A DNA stretch of 64,000 bases from Octopus vulgaris (GCA_951406725.2 OX597829.1:58342001-58406000); one strand, 5' to 3'; counted from the first letter of the stretch, positions 1-14,372 are shown. The notes: a model not told the origin generated them from the sequence alone. A program made the numbers and translations.

Positions 1-40
1 TTGAGCTGAAACTAGAGAGAAAATAAAATATATATATAAA

Positions 41-497
41 TTTTTTTTTTCTTGTTTCAGCTCAGGGCTGTGGCCATGCTAATGCACTGCCGTTTTGTGC
101 TACACTGTTATTACTAAGAACCTCCTCTAATATGTGGCACTTGGTGAAGAATGGAGTTTGATACAGCTACCCTCATTTGCACCTCTTGCCGTGAGGTAGG
201 TTCATCTGGGACCCTCGACAGGAAGAGTTCCAGCTTTGATTTAAAAACCCTTACATCTACTTTGTGCAAGTTCCTCAGACTCTTTAGGAGAATATTAAAA
301 AGCTGTGGGCCCTTGAAACCCAGGCTGTTGCAGTAACTGGTCCTGAAGCATGATGGCATTGCTGGGATCTTTGGCACTATGCAGTGTCGTCCCGTTCTAG
401 CATTGGTGTAGCTTACAATGCCAAATTTGGCACAATTCCTTCCAGGATCTTCCAGACATATATTACTGCATACCGCTCCAGGGAGTAGAGTCTTAGC
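41..497 (-). mobile_element. CR1/L2-group non-LTR retrotransposon, 3' end (ORF2 C-terminus, short 3'UTR, poly-A)
   Basis: Minus strand reads ...YAVIYVWKILEGIVPNFG... and ORF 114..377 (GPQLFNIL...FKSKLELFLSRVPDEP...SNSIL), typical of CR1-group ORF2 C-termini; stem-loop tail at 51-91 and A10 at 41-50. Confidence 0.8.
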
Positions 498-499
498 TG

Positions 500-1467
<968 letters not shown>

Positions 1468-1552
1468 AAGATAGATAGATAGAAAGATAGATAGATGAAT
1501 ATATATATATAGATAGATATATAAATATATATATATAAATACATATATAAAA

Positions 1553-2945
1553 CTTAGATATGTTTCGACCAAAGATAGGTCCAGGCCATGTCTAACTTGA
1601 CAGCACCACCTGATAGGATTATCTAAATCCTTTTAAAGTCATGTTTTGTGGTATTATATTCGAGTAGTGAGTTCTTGCTGAGAGAGTTGTATCCAGGTAT
1701 GGGTGGCTTATCTGGTATTCCTTGAAGAAATCTGTCCAGACTCCGTTTAAAGGTGATGGGATCCTTTTCCTCTTTGATCTCTTTTGGGACAATGTTAAAC
1801 AGGGCAGGGCCTGTTGAGGAAAAGAAATTATGTTGCTGTGTACCTATATACTGTCATCCTGAATTGGGCAGGGGACGTATGGCCCGTGGTCCCAGCCTTG
1901 GATGAACCTTGAAACTAATGTTTAGGTCATTTGGGCAAAGTTGGCGGTATATTCTCCACATCGTACAAATGATGTACCGCTCACGGCGACGCTGGAGAGA
2001 GTAGAGTTTCAAGGCTTTAAGGCGATCCCAATAATCGAGAGCAGCCATGCCTTAGTGAGTGCCCTCTGGGGTGATTCAATCCTCGAGATGTTTTGTCTTG
2101 TATGGGGAGACCACAGTGGGCAGCAGTATTCGAGGTGTGGCCGTACAAAGGAGAAAAGTGGTATGATGACACTTTGTTCTCTGGACCGGAAAGTTCTTAA
2201 GATCCAGGAACTCATCCTACGAGCTATATCGACCTTATTGTTGATGTGTGCACTCCAACTGAGATTGTCATCAACAATTACACCCAGGTCTCTGATATTG
2301 TTAGAGGCTGTGAGCGGTTTCCCTGAAGGAAGAGAGCATGGTTGTTTTAGTGTGGAATTTCTTCCAAAATGCATCAGCTCAAATTTTCCCTCATTCAGTT
2401 GCATTTTGTTTCTGTCTGCCCATTGACTCACAGCATGAAGATCAGACTGGAGTTGAGTTCGGTCTGCTTCTTCATTGATGATTTGCTGGAGCTTAGTGTC
2501 ACCAGGAAATATTTTCACTTTGCAGTAATGTACGACACTGGAAAGGTCGTTTATGTAAATTATAAAGAGGAGCGGGCCCAAGACAGTTCTGTGGGGGACA
2601 CCGCTGGTGACTTTTGCTGGGTTTGAGTGGACTCCATAGACTACAACATGTTGTGTTCCATTCGCCAGGAAATACTTAATCCAGTGTAGAACTTTTCCAC
2701 GGATTCCGACATTTGCCAATTTTGAGAATAGGATATTATGGTCAACCCTATCGAAAGCTTTACTGAAGTCAAGATATATGACATCAGAGTTCGAACCTGT
2801 TCCCAAGGTTTTAAGAATATCTTTAATGTTGTGTAAGAGGTGTGTTAGACAGTCCCTGCCACAGCGAAAGCCATGCTGATTGTCATTTAGGAGTTTGTGG
2901 GTCTCTTGGAAGTCAGCAATCCTTGATCTTAACACTCTTTCAAAT
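1553..2945 (-). mobile_element. CR1-group LINE, 5'-truncated, degenerate RT
   Basis: ORF 2009..3223: QHGFR, YLDFSKAFDRV, SGVPHRTVLGPLLFIIYIND, FPGDTKL (FADD-like), RDLGV, RPHLEYC; ORF 1854..2048 LYSLQRRRER; 3' tail near 1553-1610. The N-terminal part of the ORF is microsatellite. Confidence 0.9.
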
Positions 2946-3128
2946 ACACACATACATATATATATACACACACATATATATATACACACACACATATATA
3001 TATACACCACACACACACACCCACACATATATATGCATAACACACACACACACATATATATGCCTAACACACACACACACATATATATGCCTAACACACA
3101 CACACACACATATATATGCCTAACACAC

Positions 3129-3162
<34 letters not shown>

Positions 3163-3194
3163 GCATAACACATATATATCTATGTATGTATTTG

Positions 3195-3400
3195 TAGGTA
3201 TGTGTTTGCCCTTTCACCATCACTTGACAACCGATGCTCGTACATTCACGTCCCCGTATCCTAGCGGTTCGGCAAAAAAACCGATGGAATAAGTACTAAG
3301 CTTAGAAAGAATAAGTCCTCGTGTTGATTTGTTTGACTACTGGTGGTGCTCCAGCATGGCCGCAGTCAAATGACTGAAACAAGTAAAAGAAAAAAAAGAA
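3195..3400 (+). mobile_element. SINE family A, 3' half
   Basis: cacttgacaaccgatgc...gaataagtact...ggtgctccagcatggccgcagtcaaatgactgaaacaag, matches the other copies. Confidence 0.8.
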
Positions 3401-3464
3401 CATATAGGTGCGTGTGCGTGTGTATGTGTGTGTGTATATATATATTTGTGAATGTATGTGTGTG

Positions 3465-3513
<49 letters not shown>

Positions 3514-3712
3514 ATATATAATATACGATAGCAAGTGGCAGTTATACTAAAATATATTCAAATACTCTCGGATACATTTATCAATGCATACCAACTGTTA
3601 ATATATTGATATACCTATAAACATGTATACAAATGTATCTATTCATAAATACATATTTTCATTTATCTATTCATTTACTTGAGGAAATGACAGCAATAAT
3701 AAAACAGAATAT

Positions 3713-3743
<31 letters not shown>

Positions 3744-4787
3744 CAAACATATAATATACAAGTGAGTGGACAATCGAAAGAAAAGAGCATTTAACATATC
3801 AAAGAACTGAATGAAACAGTTTGGAATAATAAAAGTATATATTAAGTGTATATAAATTATACTAACCGTATGTATATAGGATAATGTATAAATGAGTGAT
3901 TTTAATATCCTGGTTGTCCGAAGCAGTAACGACCGTCCCAATTGAATATGTGTGACAGTAACAAGCACTTGGACTTGGCCGATTATGGTTTAGAGGGGTG
4001 TGTAGGATAGGTCGTTGCTTGAAGGAAGTGCTTGTGTGATGGGAAAGACAGAAGAAAGAACTAGTGAGAGATGTATGTATGTATGTGTGTACGCACGTAT
4101 ATATGTATCTGTGTGTGTGTGTGTGTGTGTTTGTGTATGTATGTATGTGCGTATGTATGTGCGTGTGTATAGATAATTACAAGTAGTGACGTTTGAATCT
4201 GCACACATACACACACACGCACATATTTGTATATATGGATGTATGTATATGTGTTTTTCTTTCTTTCTTTCTTTCTGTCTGTCTGTCTCTCGTTGTATAT
4301 ATGTGTGTGTGTGTATTATGTATATACGTATGTAAAAAAGCCAAGGGAGCGCCTCTGGCTGCTGCAGTTGCTTAGCAGATGCTGGGGGTGGGGGCGGGGG
4401 GGGCGGAGGGAGGAACGAGGGGGATGACTAAGCCACAGGCCTAAGCCGCGACAAAACGCTGTAACCGAGATAAAGGATGACAAATTCATCCTCGATGCCC
4501 GACAGGTCCCGACGAAGCCACAAGTACCCTCTGCGGTAGGGGGAAAAAAAGGCTGATGGGAAGCTTTCTGCAAATTATAATAATGTGTACGCGACAGGAT
4601 GAAGATAATGAGCGCTAGCCGAAAGGTCGGACCCCAAATTAACTTACAGAGCTTTCATACACAAGCACACCTCGTTCACTTTGTTTCCTCTTAACTTTCA
4701 GAAAAAGGGGGAGTTTTCACAGATTTCAGATGTGTGTAAGCGATTATATCGGAATTTAAAGTGTGTGTGTGAGTGTATGTGTGTGTG

Positions 4788-5100
4788 TTCAGTCCCACTT
4801 TCTGCTATAGCCTTGGGCTGACCAAAGCCTTCTGAATGGATTTGATGGACGGAAACTGAAAGAAGCCCGTTGCATATATCTGTGTGTGTAGGTGTGTGTA
4901 AGTGTGTTTTTCTGTCTGTTTGTGCCCCACCACTGCTTAACAATTGGTGTTGGTGTTTTTGTATTCCCGTGACTTTGCTGTTCGAAAAAAGTAACGGACA
5001 GAATAAGTAGCAGGCTTTAAGAGCTTTATTCATTTCACTAAGAATTCAAAGCGGTGCCCCAGAATGGCCGCAGTCTAATGATTGAAACAAGTAAAAGATA
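4788..5100 (+). mobile_element. SINE family A (5'-truncated)
   Basis: ttcagtcccact...ggaaactgaaagaagcccg, internal (TG)n, 3' tail gccgcagtctaatgattgaaacaag. Confidence 0.8.
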
Positions 5101-5101
5101 A

Positions 5102-5106
5102 ATGTG

Positions 5107-5138
<32 letters not shown>

Positions 5139-5481
5139 TTTATGTATGTATGTATGTATGTGAGTGTATGTATGTATGTATGTATGTATGTATTTATGTA
5201 TGTATGTATGTATGTGAGTGTATGTATGTATGTATGTATGTATGTATTTATGTATGTATGTATGTATGTGAGTGTATGTATGTATGTATGTATGTATTTA
5301 TGTATGTGTGTGTGTATGTATGTATGTATGTATGTATGTATGTATGTATGTATGAATGTATGTATATATATGTATGTACGTATGTACGTATGTATGTATG
5401 TATGTGTGTGTATGTATGTATGTATGTGTATATGTATGTATGTATGTATGTGTATATGTATGTATGTATGTATGTATGTAT
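5102..5481. repeat. (TATG)n microsatellite
   Basis: Direct sequence. Confidence 0.95.
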
Positions 5482-5885
5482 ACTCTTTTACTTGTTTCAG
5501 TCATTTGACTGTGGCCATGCTGGAGCACTGCCTTTAGTCGAGCAAATCGACCCCAGGACTTATTCTTTGTAAGCCTAGTACTGATTCTATCGGTCTCTTT
5601 TGCCAAACCACTAAGTTACGGGGACATAAACACACCAGCATCGGTTGTCAAGTGATGTTGGGGAGGGGTGCAAACACAGACACACAAACATATACATACA
5701 CACACATATATATATACATATATACGACGGGCTTCTTTCAGTTTCCGTCTACCAAATCCACTCACAAGGCTTTGGTCAGTTCGAGGCTATAGTAGAAGAC
5801 ACTTGGCCAAGGTGCCACGCAGTGGGACTGAACCCGGAACCATGTGGTTGGTAAACAAGCTACTTACCACACAGCCACTCCTATG
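5482..5885 (-). mobile_element. SINE family A, full length (tRNA-like head, CORE-like accttgg-caag segment, internal microsatellite, LINE-like tail)
   Basis: Minus strand: ggagtggctgtgtggtaag (A box), ggttcagtccc (B box), caccttggccaagtgtcttc, tail cagtcaaatgactgaaacaag. Confidence 0.88.
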
Positions 5886-5915
5886 CATGTGTATGTATGT
5901 ATATATGTATGTATG

Positions 5916-5957
<42 letters not shown>

Positions 5958-5963
<6 letters not shown>

Positions 5964-6160
5964 TATACAAACATAAAAACACAAAGAGAAAACACAACAA
6001 CCGAGGACGTGGAACAAATATAGTATTATTGGACGCTCAGGAAAGAAGGAGGGTTTTACGATTCAAGTGGAGCTCTTCGTCAGAAACATAGGAAAAGGAA
6101 AGATCCAGAGAAGGGAAGACGGAGGAAAAAAAATCGCCAACGGTACACACGCGGTCACAC
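5958..6160 (-). mobile_element. Penelope-type terminal repeat fragment with degenerate hammerhead
   Basis: Reverse complement of 6054-6086: tttCTGACGAagagctccacttGAATcGTAaaa; homologous to 6385-6532 and to the 3' end of the Penelope element at ~18330-18470. Confidence 0.65.
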
Positions 6161-6276
6161 ATATATACACACTATGTATATATGTTTATATATAATACAA
6201 AATAAGAAAATGGAGAAATACATCGAAATCAAATATCAATTACCAGATAATACTCAATCACATACTTTGTAACTAT

Positions 6277-6312
<36 letters not shown>

Positions 6313-6400
6313 TTAATATGCATGTGTGTATATATGTATGCATATATGTGTGTATGTATATATATGTGTTCGTGTGTGTGTGTGTGTTTTCATCTTATTC

Positions 6401-6436
6401 CTTTCTGATGAAGAACATAGACTTGAAACGTAAAAG
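6401..6436 (+). ncRNA. minimal type-I hammerhead ribozyme-like motif
   Basis: cttt-CTGATGA-agaacatagactt-GAAAC-GTA-aaag: intact core, 4-bp helix I, loop-less helix III, decayed helix II. Confidence 0.55.
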
Positions 6437-6529
6437 ACTTTTCCATTTTTCTCAAGCGTTAAACTAATACACCTGCTTGTTGTTCCTACACCTGTCTTTT
6501 GTTTTTGTTTTTCTTTTTGTAAATTTGAA

Positions 6530-6571
<42 letters not shown>

Positions 6572-6761
6572 GAGCAGATAACCCAGCATTGCTTGGGTTA
6601 GAGACAATAATGAAATTTTAAAACGCTGTATAGATTACACAGGTCTCAACTGCTAGTAGCTGAAATACTAACTTTCTACATGAATAACTCTCCAACCCAT
6701 GCCAGCATGGAACATAGACGTTAAGTGAAAAACTAAAAGAAAGTTTTCAACTCATGTATTT

Positions 6762-6977
6762 ACTCTTTTACTCTTTTATTTATTTCAGTCATTTGACTGC
6801 GGCCATGCTGGAGCACTGCCTTTAGTCGAGCAAATCGACCCCCAGGGCTTATTCTTTGTAAGCCTAGTACTTATTCAATCGGTCTCTTTTGCCGAACTGC
6901 TAAGTGACGGGGACGTAAACACACCAGCATCGGTTGTCAAGCAATTGGGGGGACAAACACAGACACACAAACACACG

Positions 6978-7009
<32 letters not shown>

Positions 7010-7178
7010 TATATATACGATGGGCTTCTTTTAGTTTACGTCTACCAAATCCACTCACAAGGCTTTGGTGGGCCCGAGGCTATAGTAGAAGACGCTTGTC
7101 CAAGGTGCCACGCAGTGGGACTGAACCTGGAACAATGTGGTTTGTAAGCAAGCTTCTTACTACACACCCACTCCTACA
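6762..7178 (-). mobile_element. SINE family A, full length
   Basis: Same head, body and tail as 5482-5885. Confidence 0.88.
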
Positions 7179-7994
7179 TCTATGTATATAAACACATGTA
7201 ATTCAAACAAACACATTTTGTGTAGCTTATTTCTTAACCAAAAAACAAGTACAGATTATAAACAATGAAAGGCCTATTTTGGTGATTCATTTGACAGAGG
7301 TATTAGGGAGCCAATCTGATGATAAATCTGACCTTGGATCTTGAAAGTTTGCATGAATCCTGGCTCAGTTAAATCTCTTAAGATTCCAAATGATGTCATC
7401 TGTAGTGCAGTGTTGTATTGCCTAATTTAGTTTTGGAAGTGCTTGGAATCTTGGTCAGTTGATGAGAACAGTTTCCTCGATAGCTCTGGAGGTTGGGGGA
7501 TTGCAGGGAGTTGAACCTTTCTACCACTGCAGCACAGAGCAGGTGTCTCTCCAGGCCACTTCCTTGCTTTACCATGTATGCACTCAGTTGTCATTGCACC
7601 AATGGAAACTCTAGTGTCATCTGCATAATGAACTGCTGGATCATAATTGAAAGCTGCTTCATAGAAGTTGCTTCTCTGAGCTGTTGCAACTGCTCTTCGT
7701 TCTGCAGTGGAGATCCTATTCCTTGTCAGCCATGCATACCTCTGTTCATCACTTTGAGATGCTCTGGCTTTTGGAGTGCACGGTCTGTTCGTTTCTTGGT
7801 ATGCTTCCCTTTCTGCAGCTGTCTCTCTTTCCCTGCACAGAGACATTCTTTTGACTGACCTTGACATTGCAGACAAATTTGACGCTTTCCTTTTAGGCAT
7901 GGTTACATAAGTATACAGAAATACACGGGTGCAGAAGATAGTAAATAATGAAAATAACTGAGTAACGGAAATTATATTTCTTAATATGACGGGC

Positions 7995-8405
7995 AGAAAG
8001 TAAATAAGAAATTTTTATGGAAAATAAAGAATTGTGCGCGTTCAAGCGAAATTTGTCACTTAGTGAACCAAAGAACCAGTATCAAAGTAAGCAGAAAAAA
8101 GCCGTTAACAACAGAAAAACACAAAACTGTTGCAAAAGTAAATAAGAAATTTTAAGGAAATTAACCAAGTGTACCGATTTAAGTGAAATTTTTGAAGTTA
8201 CTTCTGTCAGTAAATTATGAACTTACTTTTATCAGTAATTCTGTCAATAACAAAAAAGCACAAACTGTTTCAAAAGTAAATAAGAAATTTGTAGGCAAAT
8301 TTAACAAAGTGTACGGATTGAAGTGAAATTTATGAAGTTACTTCTGTCAGTAAATATGTATGAGATTACTTTCATCAGTAATTGTGAACTTCTTTCCGTC
8401 AGTAA
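7995..8405. repeat. ~135-bp degenerate tandem repeat inside Helitron
   Basis: aaagtaaataagaaattt...aagtgaaattt recurs at ~7997, ~8134 and ~8272. Confidence 0.7.
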
Positions 8406-9399
8406 TTTGTCCTTGTAGTTTGTAAATAGCGATTGAAACCTTACAGTGAAACAATAGAGAGTAAGAGAGTAAGAGAGAAAGAGAGGGGGGAGAGAGAGCG
8501 CTAGCTAGTTAGAGAGATAAGATAGATATAGAAAGATAAGATATAGACAGATACAAAGAGGTAAATAGTTATAGAGATAGAGGTGGATAAAGAGATATAG
8601 ATAGAGAGGTATAGAGAGATAGAGATATGCATGAAAAGTGAATACACAGAAAATGCCTTCACAAAACTATCAAAATCTCCAGCTAAATATACACATGGAT
8701 GAAAGAGGGCTAGAGAGAGAAAATTAAAATGACCTCATGATAATTATGAATTGGTTCCAATTTCTGGATTAAAGCAAAAAAATAAGCTTTCTTTCTTAGT
8801 CAACACAATACACAGGGTGGGGTGGGGCGGAATATAAGTCCAAATAATTGTACATAATGTCCGAAGTAAGTTTACACGTCCACATACAAATATTTGCACA
8901 TATAGACCCAAATGTATTAATTGTCTATAAATTTTTATAGCATGCTGACTACTTGATAAAAATCATTAACGTGATTTTTATCCTTATATTCTTTTATGAA
9001 TTAATAAATAATATATCTATCTATCTATCTATCTATCTATATATATATATATATATATGCAGTTCCCAAAACACCAGTAGAAATCTCTTAAAATGCAAGC
9101 ACGGCTTGAAAATCTCCATTCTGGAGTTCAGTATGGCCCTGGTATGTGTGAGATTTTCAGGATGTGTGGCTATGCATAGCTTTCAGCATTTTGTTCCATG
9201 GATGTAGGGACCTGGGCGCTCGAGGATTTTCCATCTGATCGAGTGTGGAATTCCATCTTCCTTTAGTTGCCAGACATGGCATGTCACCAATGTTATGTAT
9301 CTCCTTTCTAGGATCCTGAAGGAGGAATATGGTTGGAAACATGTTTCTTAAAGGAATTTCCTGTGCAAAAATGTATTTCCTTGGATGCGTGATGATAGT

Positions 9400-10035
9400 A
9401 TCCAGGGAAAAAGATACCCAATGCCCAGATGTTTACCTGAATAGCAGGAGTTGGGTGTTTAATCATTGCCTGCATGGAAGGAAAATTCCTAATGTCATTC
9501 CCCTCTTCATAAAAGGTGATTGCATATCACCTGTCAACTACTGTCCTGTCAGCCTTACTAGCCGCATCACCAAACTGATGGAGTTCAGTGTCAGAGAAAC
9601 ACTCCAGAACTTTTGGAGCTGTCACAACCTTATTCAACCTTCACAATTTGGATTTATCTCCAATTCCAGCTGTTGTAACCAACTCATCAAATTTCTTGAG
9701 GACATCACCCGAGTTACTGATGATGGCTCATGGGTGGATGTTATCAACCTTGACTTTGCTAAAGCCTTCAATTCTGTGCAACACAAATGATTCATGACAA
9801 ACCTGTCTGCAATGGGTGAAAGATGACCTCTATAATTGGCTGAAGTCCTTCATTCTTGTTGAAAAGAGGTAGTAATGGTTCTACGACATCATTCTTCATC
9901 CTACGAGATTATTTCTGGCATACCACAGGGTTCCATTTTTGGACCCCTACTGTTTGTTGCATATATCAATGACATGGATGCTAACTTGAGAAATGTTATA
10001 GTGTTGAAATATACAGATGACATCAAGCTGTACTG
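9400..10035 (+). mobile_element. CR1-group LINE RT fragment (degenerate)
   Basis: VIPLFIKG...NYCPVSLTS, QFGF, LDFAKAFNSV, SGIPQGSILGPLLF..YIND, YTDDIKL. Confidence 0.85.
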
Positions 10036-10067
10036 AGCACAATTTCTTTCGTATATATATATATATA

Positions 10068-10203
10068 TCATCATCATCATCATCATCGTTTAGCGTCCGC
10101 TTTCCATGCTGGCATGGGTTGGACGGTGCAACTGGGGTCTGGGAAGCCAGAAGGCTGCACCAGGCCCAGTCTGATCTGGCAATGTTTCTACGGCTGGATG
10201 CAA
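10068..10203 (-). mobile_element. RTE LINE 3' tail fragment
   Basis: (cat)n + cgtttagcgtccgctttccatgctggcatggg, same as the tail of the RTE at 40170. Confidence 0.85.
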
Positions 10204-10227
10204 TAATATATATGTATATATATGTAT

Positions 10228-10588
10228 AACCATCCGAACGTGGCCGTTGCCAGCTCCGACCCGATTGGCCTCGTGCTGGTGGCACGTATAAAGCACCATC
10301 CGATCGTGGCTGTTGCCAGTCTCGCCTGGCCCCCGTGCCGGTGGCACGTAAAAAACACCATCCGATTGTGGCCATTTGCCAGCCTCTTCTGGCACCTGTG
10401 CCGGTGGCACATAAAAAGCACCCACTACACTCACGGAGTGGTTGGCGTTAGGAAGGGCATCCAGCTATAGAAACATTGCCCGATCAGACTGGGCCTGATG
10501 AAGCCTTCCAGCTTCCCAGACCCCAGTTGAACCGTCCAACCCATGCTAGCATGGAAAGCGGACGCTAAATGATGATGATGATGATGAT
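10228..10588 (+). mobile_element. RTE LINE 3'UTR fragment with ~60-bp tandem units
   Basis: gtgccggtggcac units, gttggcgttaggaagggcatccag, (gat)n tail. Confidence 0.85.
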
Positions 10589-11327
10589 ATAAATAAAACA
10601 TACACCTGTACTCTAATTAAATATTCTAAATGACCTGAGATGCTCATCCTGTCTTGGTTTTGTTTTCGTTTTCCTTTAACATATTTATACCTGCTGACTT
10701 GGAAGCCAACTACAGACCCTGGCTCCAGCCTCATCTGGGAACTTGGAACCTAACGAACAACCAATTATAGCACTTATGCAGCATACTTACTGGTTTAAAT
10801 CATCGGGGACCTAAACCCCACATATTCTTTATCTATTTATGTGTATATATATATGGACACACACACACACACAAATATATATATACATATATGATTAAGT
10901 AAATTGCAAAAAAAATAATAAAACCATATATATGTTTCTTTATTACCCACAAGGGGCTAAACATAGAGGGGACAAACTAGGACAGACAAACGAATAAAAC
11001 CGTATATAATTTGTATATACCAATTATATACGTTTTTATTATCTTTTTGCAATTTACTTAATCATTGGTATATTGTTAAATCCTATCAATTAACATATCA
11101 TTAATTTGAGTTATAAACTCTGTTTCTTATTACAGGTATGGTCTTTTTTAATTAAAATGTAATCTTGTGCTCAGGCACTCAGATTTTCAATCCCTTGGCA
11201 TGGCTCCTTTGGCAAACATTTTCTACTATAGCTCTGGGCTGTCCAAAGGCTTAAGAGTAGACAAGAACTAAAAGATGGCTCATAAGTCGATCTTATATAT
11301 ATATACATATACATACATATATATGTC

Positions 11328-11720
<393 letters not shown>

Positions 11721-11814
11721 ATAAATATTTTACAGTAATATCAGCACCAAGCAGTGTTTAGGCATAAGCAAACTTTTAGGTTAGTTAAAATGTTTGTGAC
11801 AGTTGAAATATGTC

Positions 11815-11875
<61 letters not shown>

Positions 11876-12632
11876 CTGACTGTCAAACAGACAGAGACAG
11901 ACAGGCTGCTAGACATAGTGGGAAGGGACATGAGACAGAAGGCAGATGGGAAGAAGACTATAGAAAAAGATTGTGAGAAAAACTGAGTGAAGTTCTGAGG
12001 CATAAAGATGAGGAGGGAAGTGAATGGTTGCAATGACAACAACACAGTTAGAAGTTAAAATAGGAGGGAATCTGAAAGTGTCCTATATAGAAACTTAGTT
12101 GTTGAATGAATGGGGGAGGAGGAGGTGGGATGGGGGTGGGGTGGAGAGAGCTAAAGAAAAGCCCAGGGTGATGGTATTGATGCTGGTTTTAAAGCTGCTT
12201 ATGTGGACTGATGAAGAGAATGAGTAAAAAGACAGGGGGAATGGGGGCTGAGAAGAGAGGCCCCTCCCTCAAAATTCAGACATAGCAGAAGATTGTTTCC
12301 ACCTCTTCCCACTGAATATTTGAAGATGAATAAGCCACAAACCATCTGTTCTGCCTAGGTTAGGGTCGGGGGGGGGGAGGAGGGGGTTAGGGTTAAGTTT
12401 AAATTTCAAACTGAAAAATACCAAAGCCTTAGAACTGCCTCTCTTGCTGAGAGTTTTGTCCCACAACCACTTATCAAGAAGACAAACTTGAGTTTATGTC
12501 CAGATAAATGTTTCTTTCTTTCCCATATTAGTTAAGAATTTAAAATGTCTAATACTATTTTAAGATTAGCACATACACTAGAGTGCTTTGTTTGGCTCTA
12601 TGTATGTCATAGCATCATCATCATCATCATAG

Positions 12633-13035
12633 GCACAGACGCAGGCGTAGCTGTGTGGTGAGATGCTTGCTCTCCAACCATATTGTTCCGGGTTCAGTCC
12701 CACTGCGTGGCACCTTGAGCAAGTGTCTTCTACTATAGCCTCGGGCTGACCAAAGCCTTGTGATTCGATTTGGTAGACGGAAACTGAAAGAAGCCCATTA
12801 TGTATGTGTATATATATCATGTGTGTGTGTCTTTATATGTGTGTTTGTCCCTCACCACCTCTTGACAACCAATGTTGATGTGTTTATATCCTCATAACCT
12901 AGTGGCTCAGCAAAAGAGATTGATAGAATAAGTACTAGTTTTAAAAAAAAAGTTATGGGTCGATTTGCTTTTCTAAAACTTTGCAAGACAGTGTTCCAGC
13001 ATGGCCACAGTCAAATGACTGAAACAAGATAAAAA
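12633..13035 (+). mobile_element. SINE family A, full length
   Basis: gcaggcgtagctgtgtggt...gggttcagtccc...caccttgagcaagtgtc...cagtcaaatgactgaaacaag. Confidence 0.88.
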
Positions 13036-13104
13036 AAGATTAAAAAAAAAGATACTATTTTAAGTTTATCACAAATACTAGAGAGTATCTCAACATCACC
13101 ACTA

Positions 13105-13525
13105 CCATCATCATCATCATTATACTTTAATATGTTTTCCATGCTGGCATGGGTTGGATGGTTTGACCAGAGGTGGCAAACTGGAAAGCTGCACCAGGTT
13201 CCAGTCTGATTTGGCTTGGTTTCTATGGCTGGTTGCCCTTCTTAACATGCGAACCACTTTATAGTGTGTGCTGGGTGCTTTCAACTTTCCACTGGCACAA
13301 GCACTGTTGTGTGGAACTGGTACTACATGGTATCAGCATGACTGCTTTTTACAGGTACCCAGTGCACAAGACTCTTGCAGGCTGATCCTTTTGAATAGGG
13401 GTTGTGGCCGTAACACTTCCATTGCGAAAGATGGGTCTTCTTGAGTACAGCAAGGTGCCAGATATTTTGGTCCTTTTCCATCTTGTCCAAAAGGTTCAGC
13501 ATTCTGAACATCACTACATACACAC
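13105..13525 (-). mobile_element. RTE LINE 3' end (diverged)
   Basis: (cat)n tail, ttccatgctggcatgggttgg; ORF end WHLAVLKKT resembles the RTE C-terminus. Confidence 0.7.
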
Positions 13526-13812
13526 ATCGTCCTCATTGGCACCACTCATGTCATCAATAGAACTGAGACTGTACCAAAGCAGGACGTCCTGGAGACAAAA
13601 TAAAGGCAGAAGCTGAGGTCTATTGTTAACTGGTGGTGTAAGAAGGAAAAGCTAGGAACTGAAGTTTTTCTGTGGGAACATTTTCATGATAAGTGGGGGA
13701 GAGGCAGACTGTAAAAACTCAGTTGTTAGAAGAGACTGGATGTAACATTGGAAAGCTTAGAAATGTTAGGACAGAGAGAAATGTAAAGTGTGGCTAAGGA
13801 ATTCTTATATTC

Positions 13813-14040
13813 TTTTAGTCTTTTACTTGTTTCAGTCATTAGACCATGGCCATGCTGGAGCACCTCCTTGAGGAATTTTTAGTCAAAAGAATCGACCACA
13901 GCACTTATTTTCTTTTTAAGCCTGGTACTTATTGTATCAGTCACATTTGCTGAACCACTAAGTTGTGGGATCATAAACACAGTAACACCGCTTGTCAAGC
14001 GATGATGGGGGAACAAACACAAACACACAAACATATACAT
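13813..14040 (-). mobile_element. SINE family A, 3' half
   Basis: cttgtttcagtcattagac...gaatcgacc...cttgtcaagcgatg. Confidence 0.75.
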
Positions 14041-14284
14041 ATAGATATTTATATATATATGTATATATATGACTTGTTTCAGTCATTTGACTGTGGCCAT
14101 GCTGGAGCACTGCCTTTACTTGAGCAAATCGACTCCAGGACTTATTCTTTCTAAGCCTAATACTTATTCTATCGGTCACATTTGCTGAACCAATAAGTTA
14201 CAGGAACATAAACACACCAGCATCGGTTGTCAAGTGATGTTGGGGGGGGGGGGTACAGACACAGACACAAACACACACACACAC

Positions 14285-14319
<35 letters not shown>

Positions 14320-14331
14320 ATATATATATAT

Positions 14332-14372
<41 letters not shown>

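Larger units (their letters stand above)
6571..8995 (-). mobile_element. internally deleted Helitron (RepHel N-terminus), with SINE inserted
   Basis: ORF 7427..7900 (AAFNYDP...C..GKARKWPGETPALCCSGRKVQLP...SKHF) then IRQYN.ALQMTSFG, typical Helitron N-terminus; 3' hairpin (taacccaagcaatgctgggtta) at 6579-6600; 5' boundary uncertain. Confidence 0.75.

Noticed and set aside
3345-3385. Hairpin + GAAAC in SINE/LINE tails as hammerhead
   Set aside because: No CUGAnGA core and no helix III/GUH; better explained as a LINE 3' recognition stem-loop
12640-12710. tRNA genes at SINE heads (also 42794, 60710)
   Set aside because: A/B boxes are present but there is no cloverleaf, and each is fused to a SINE body
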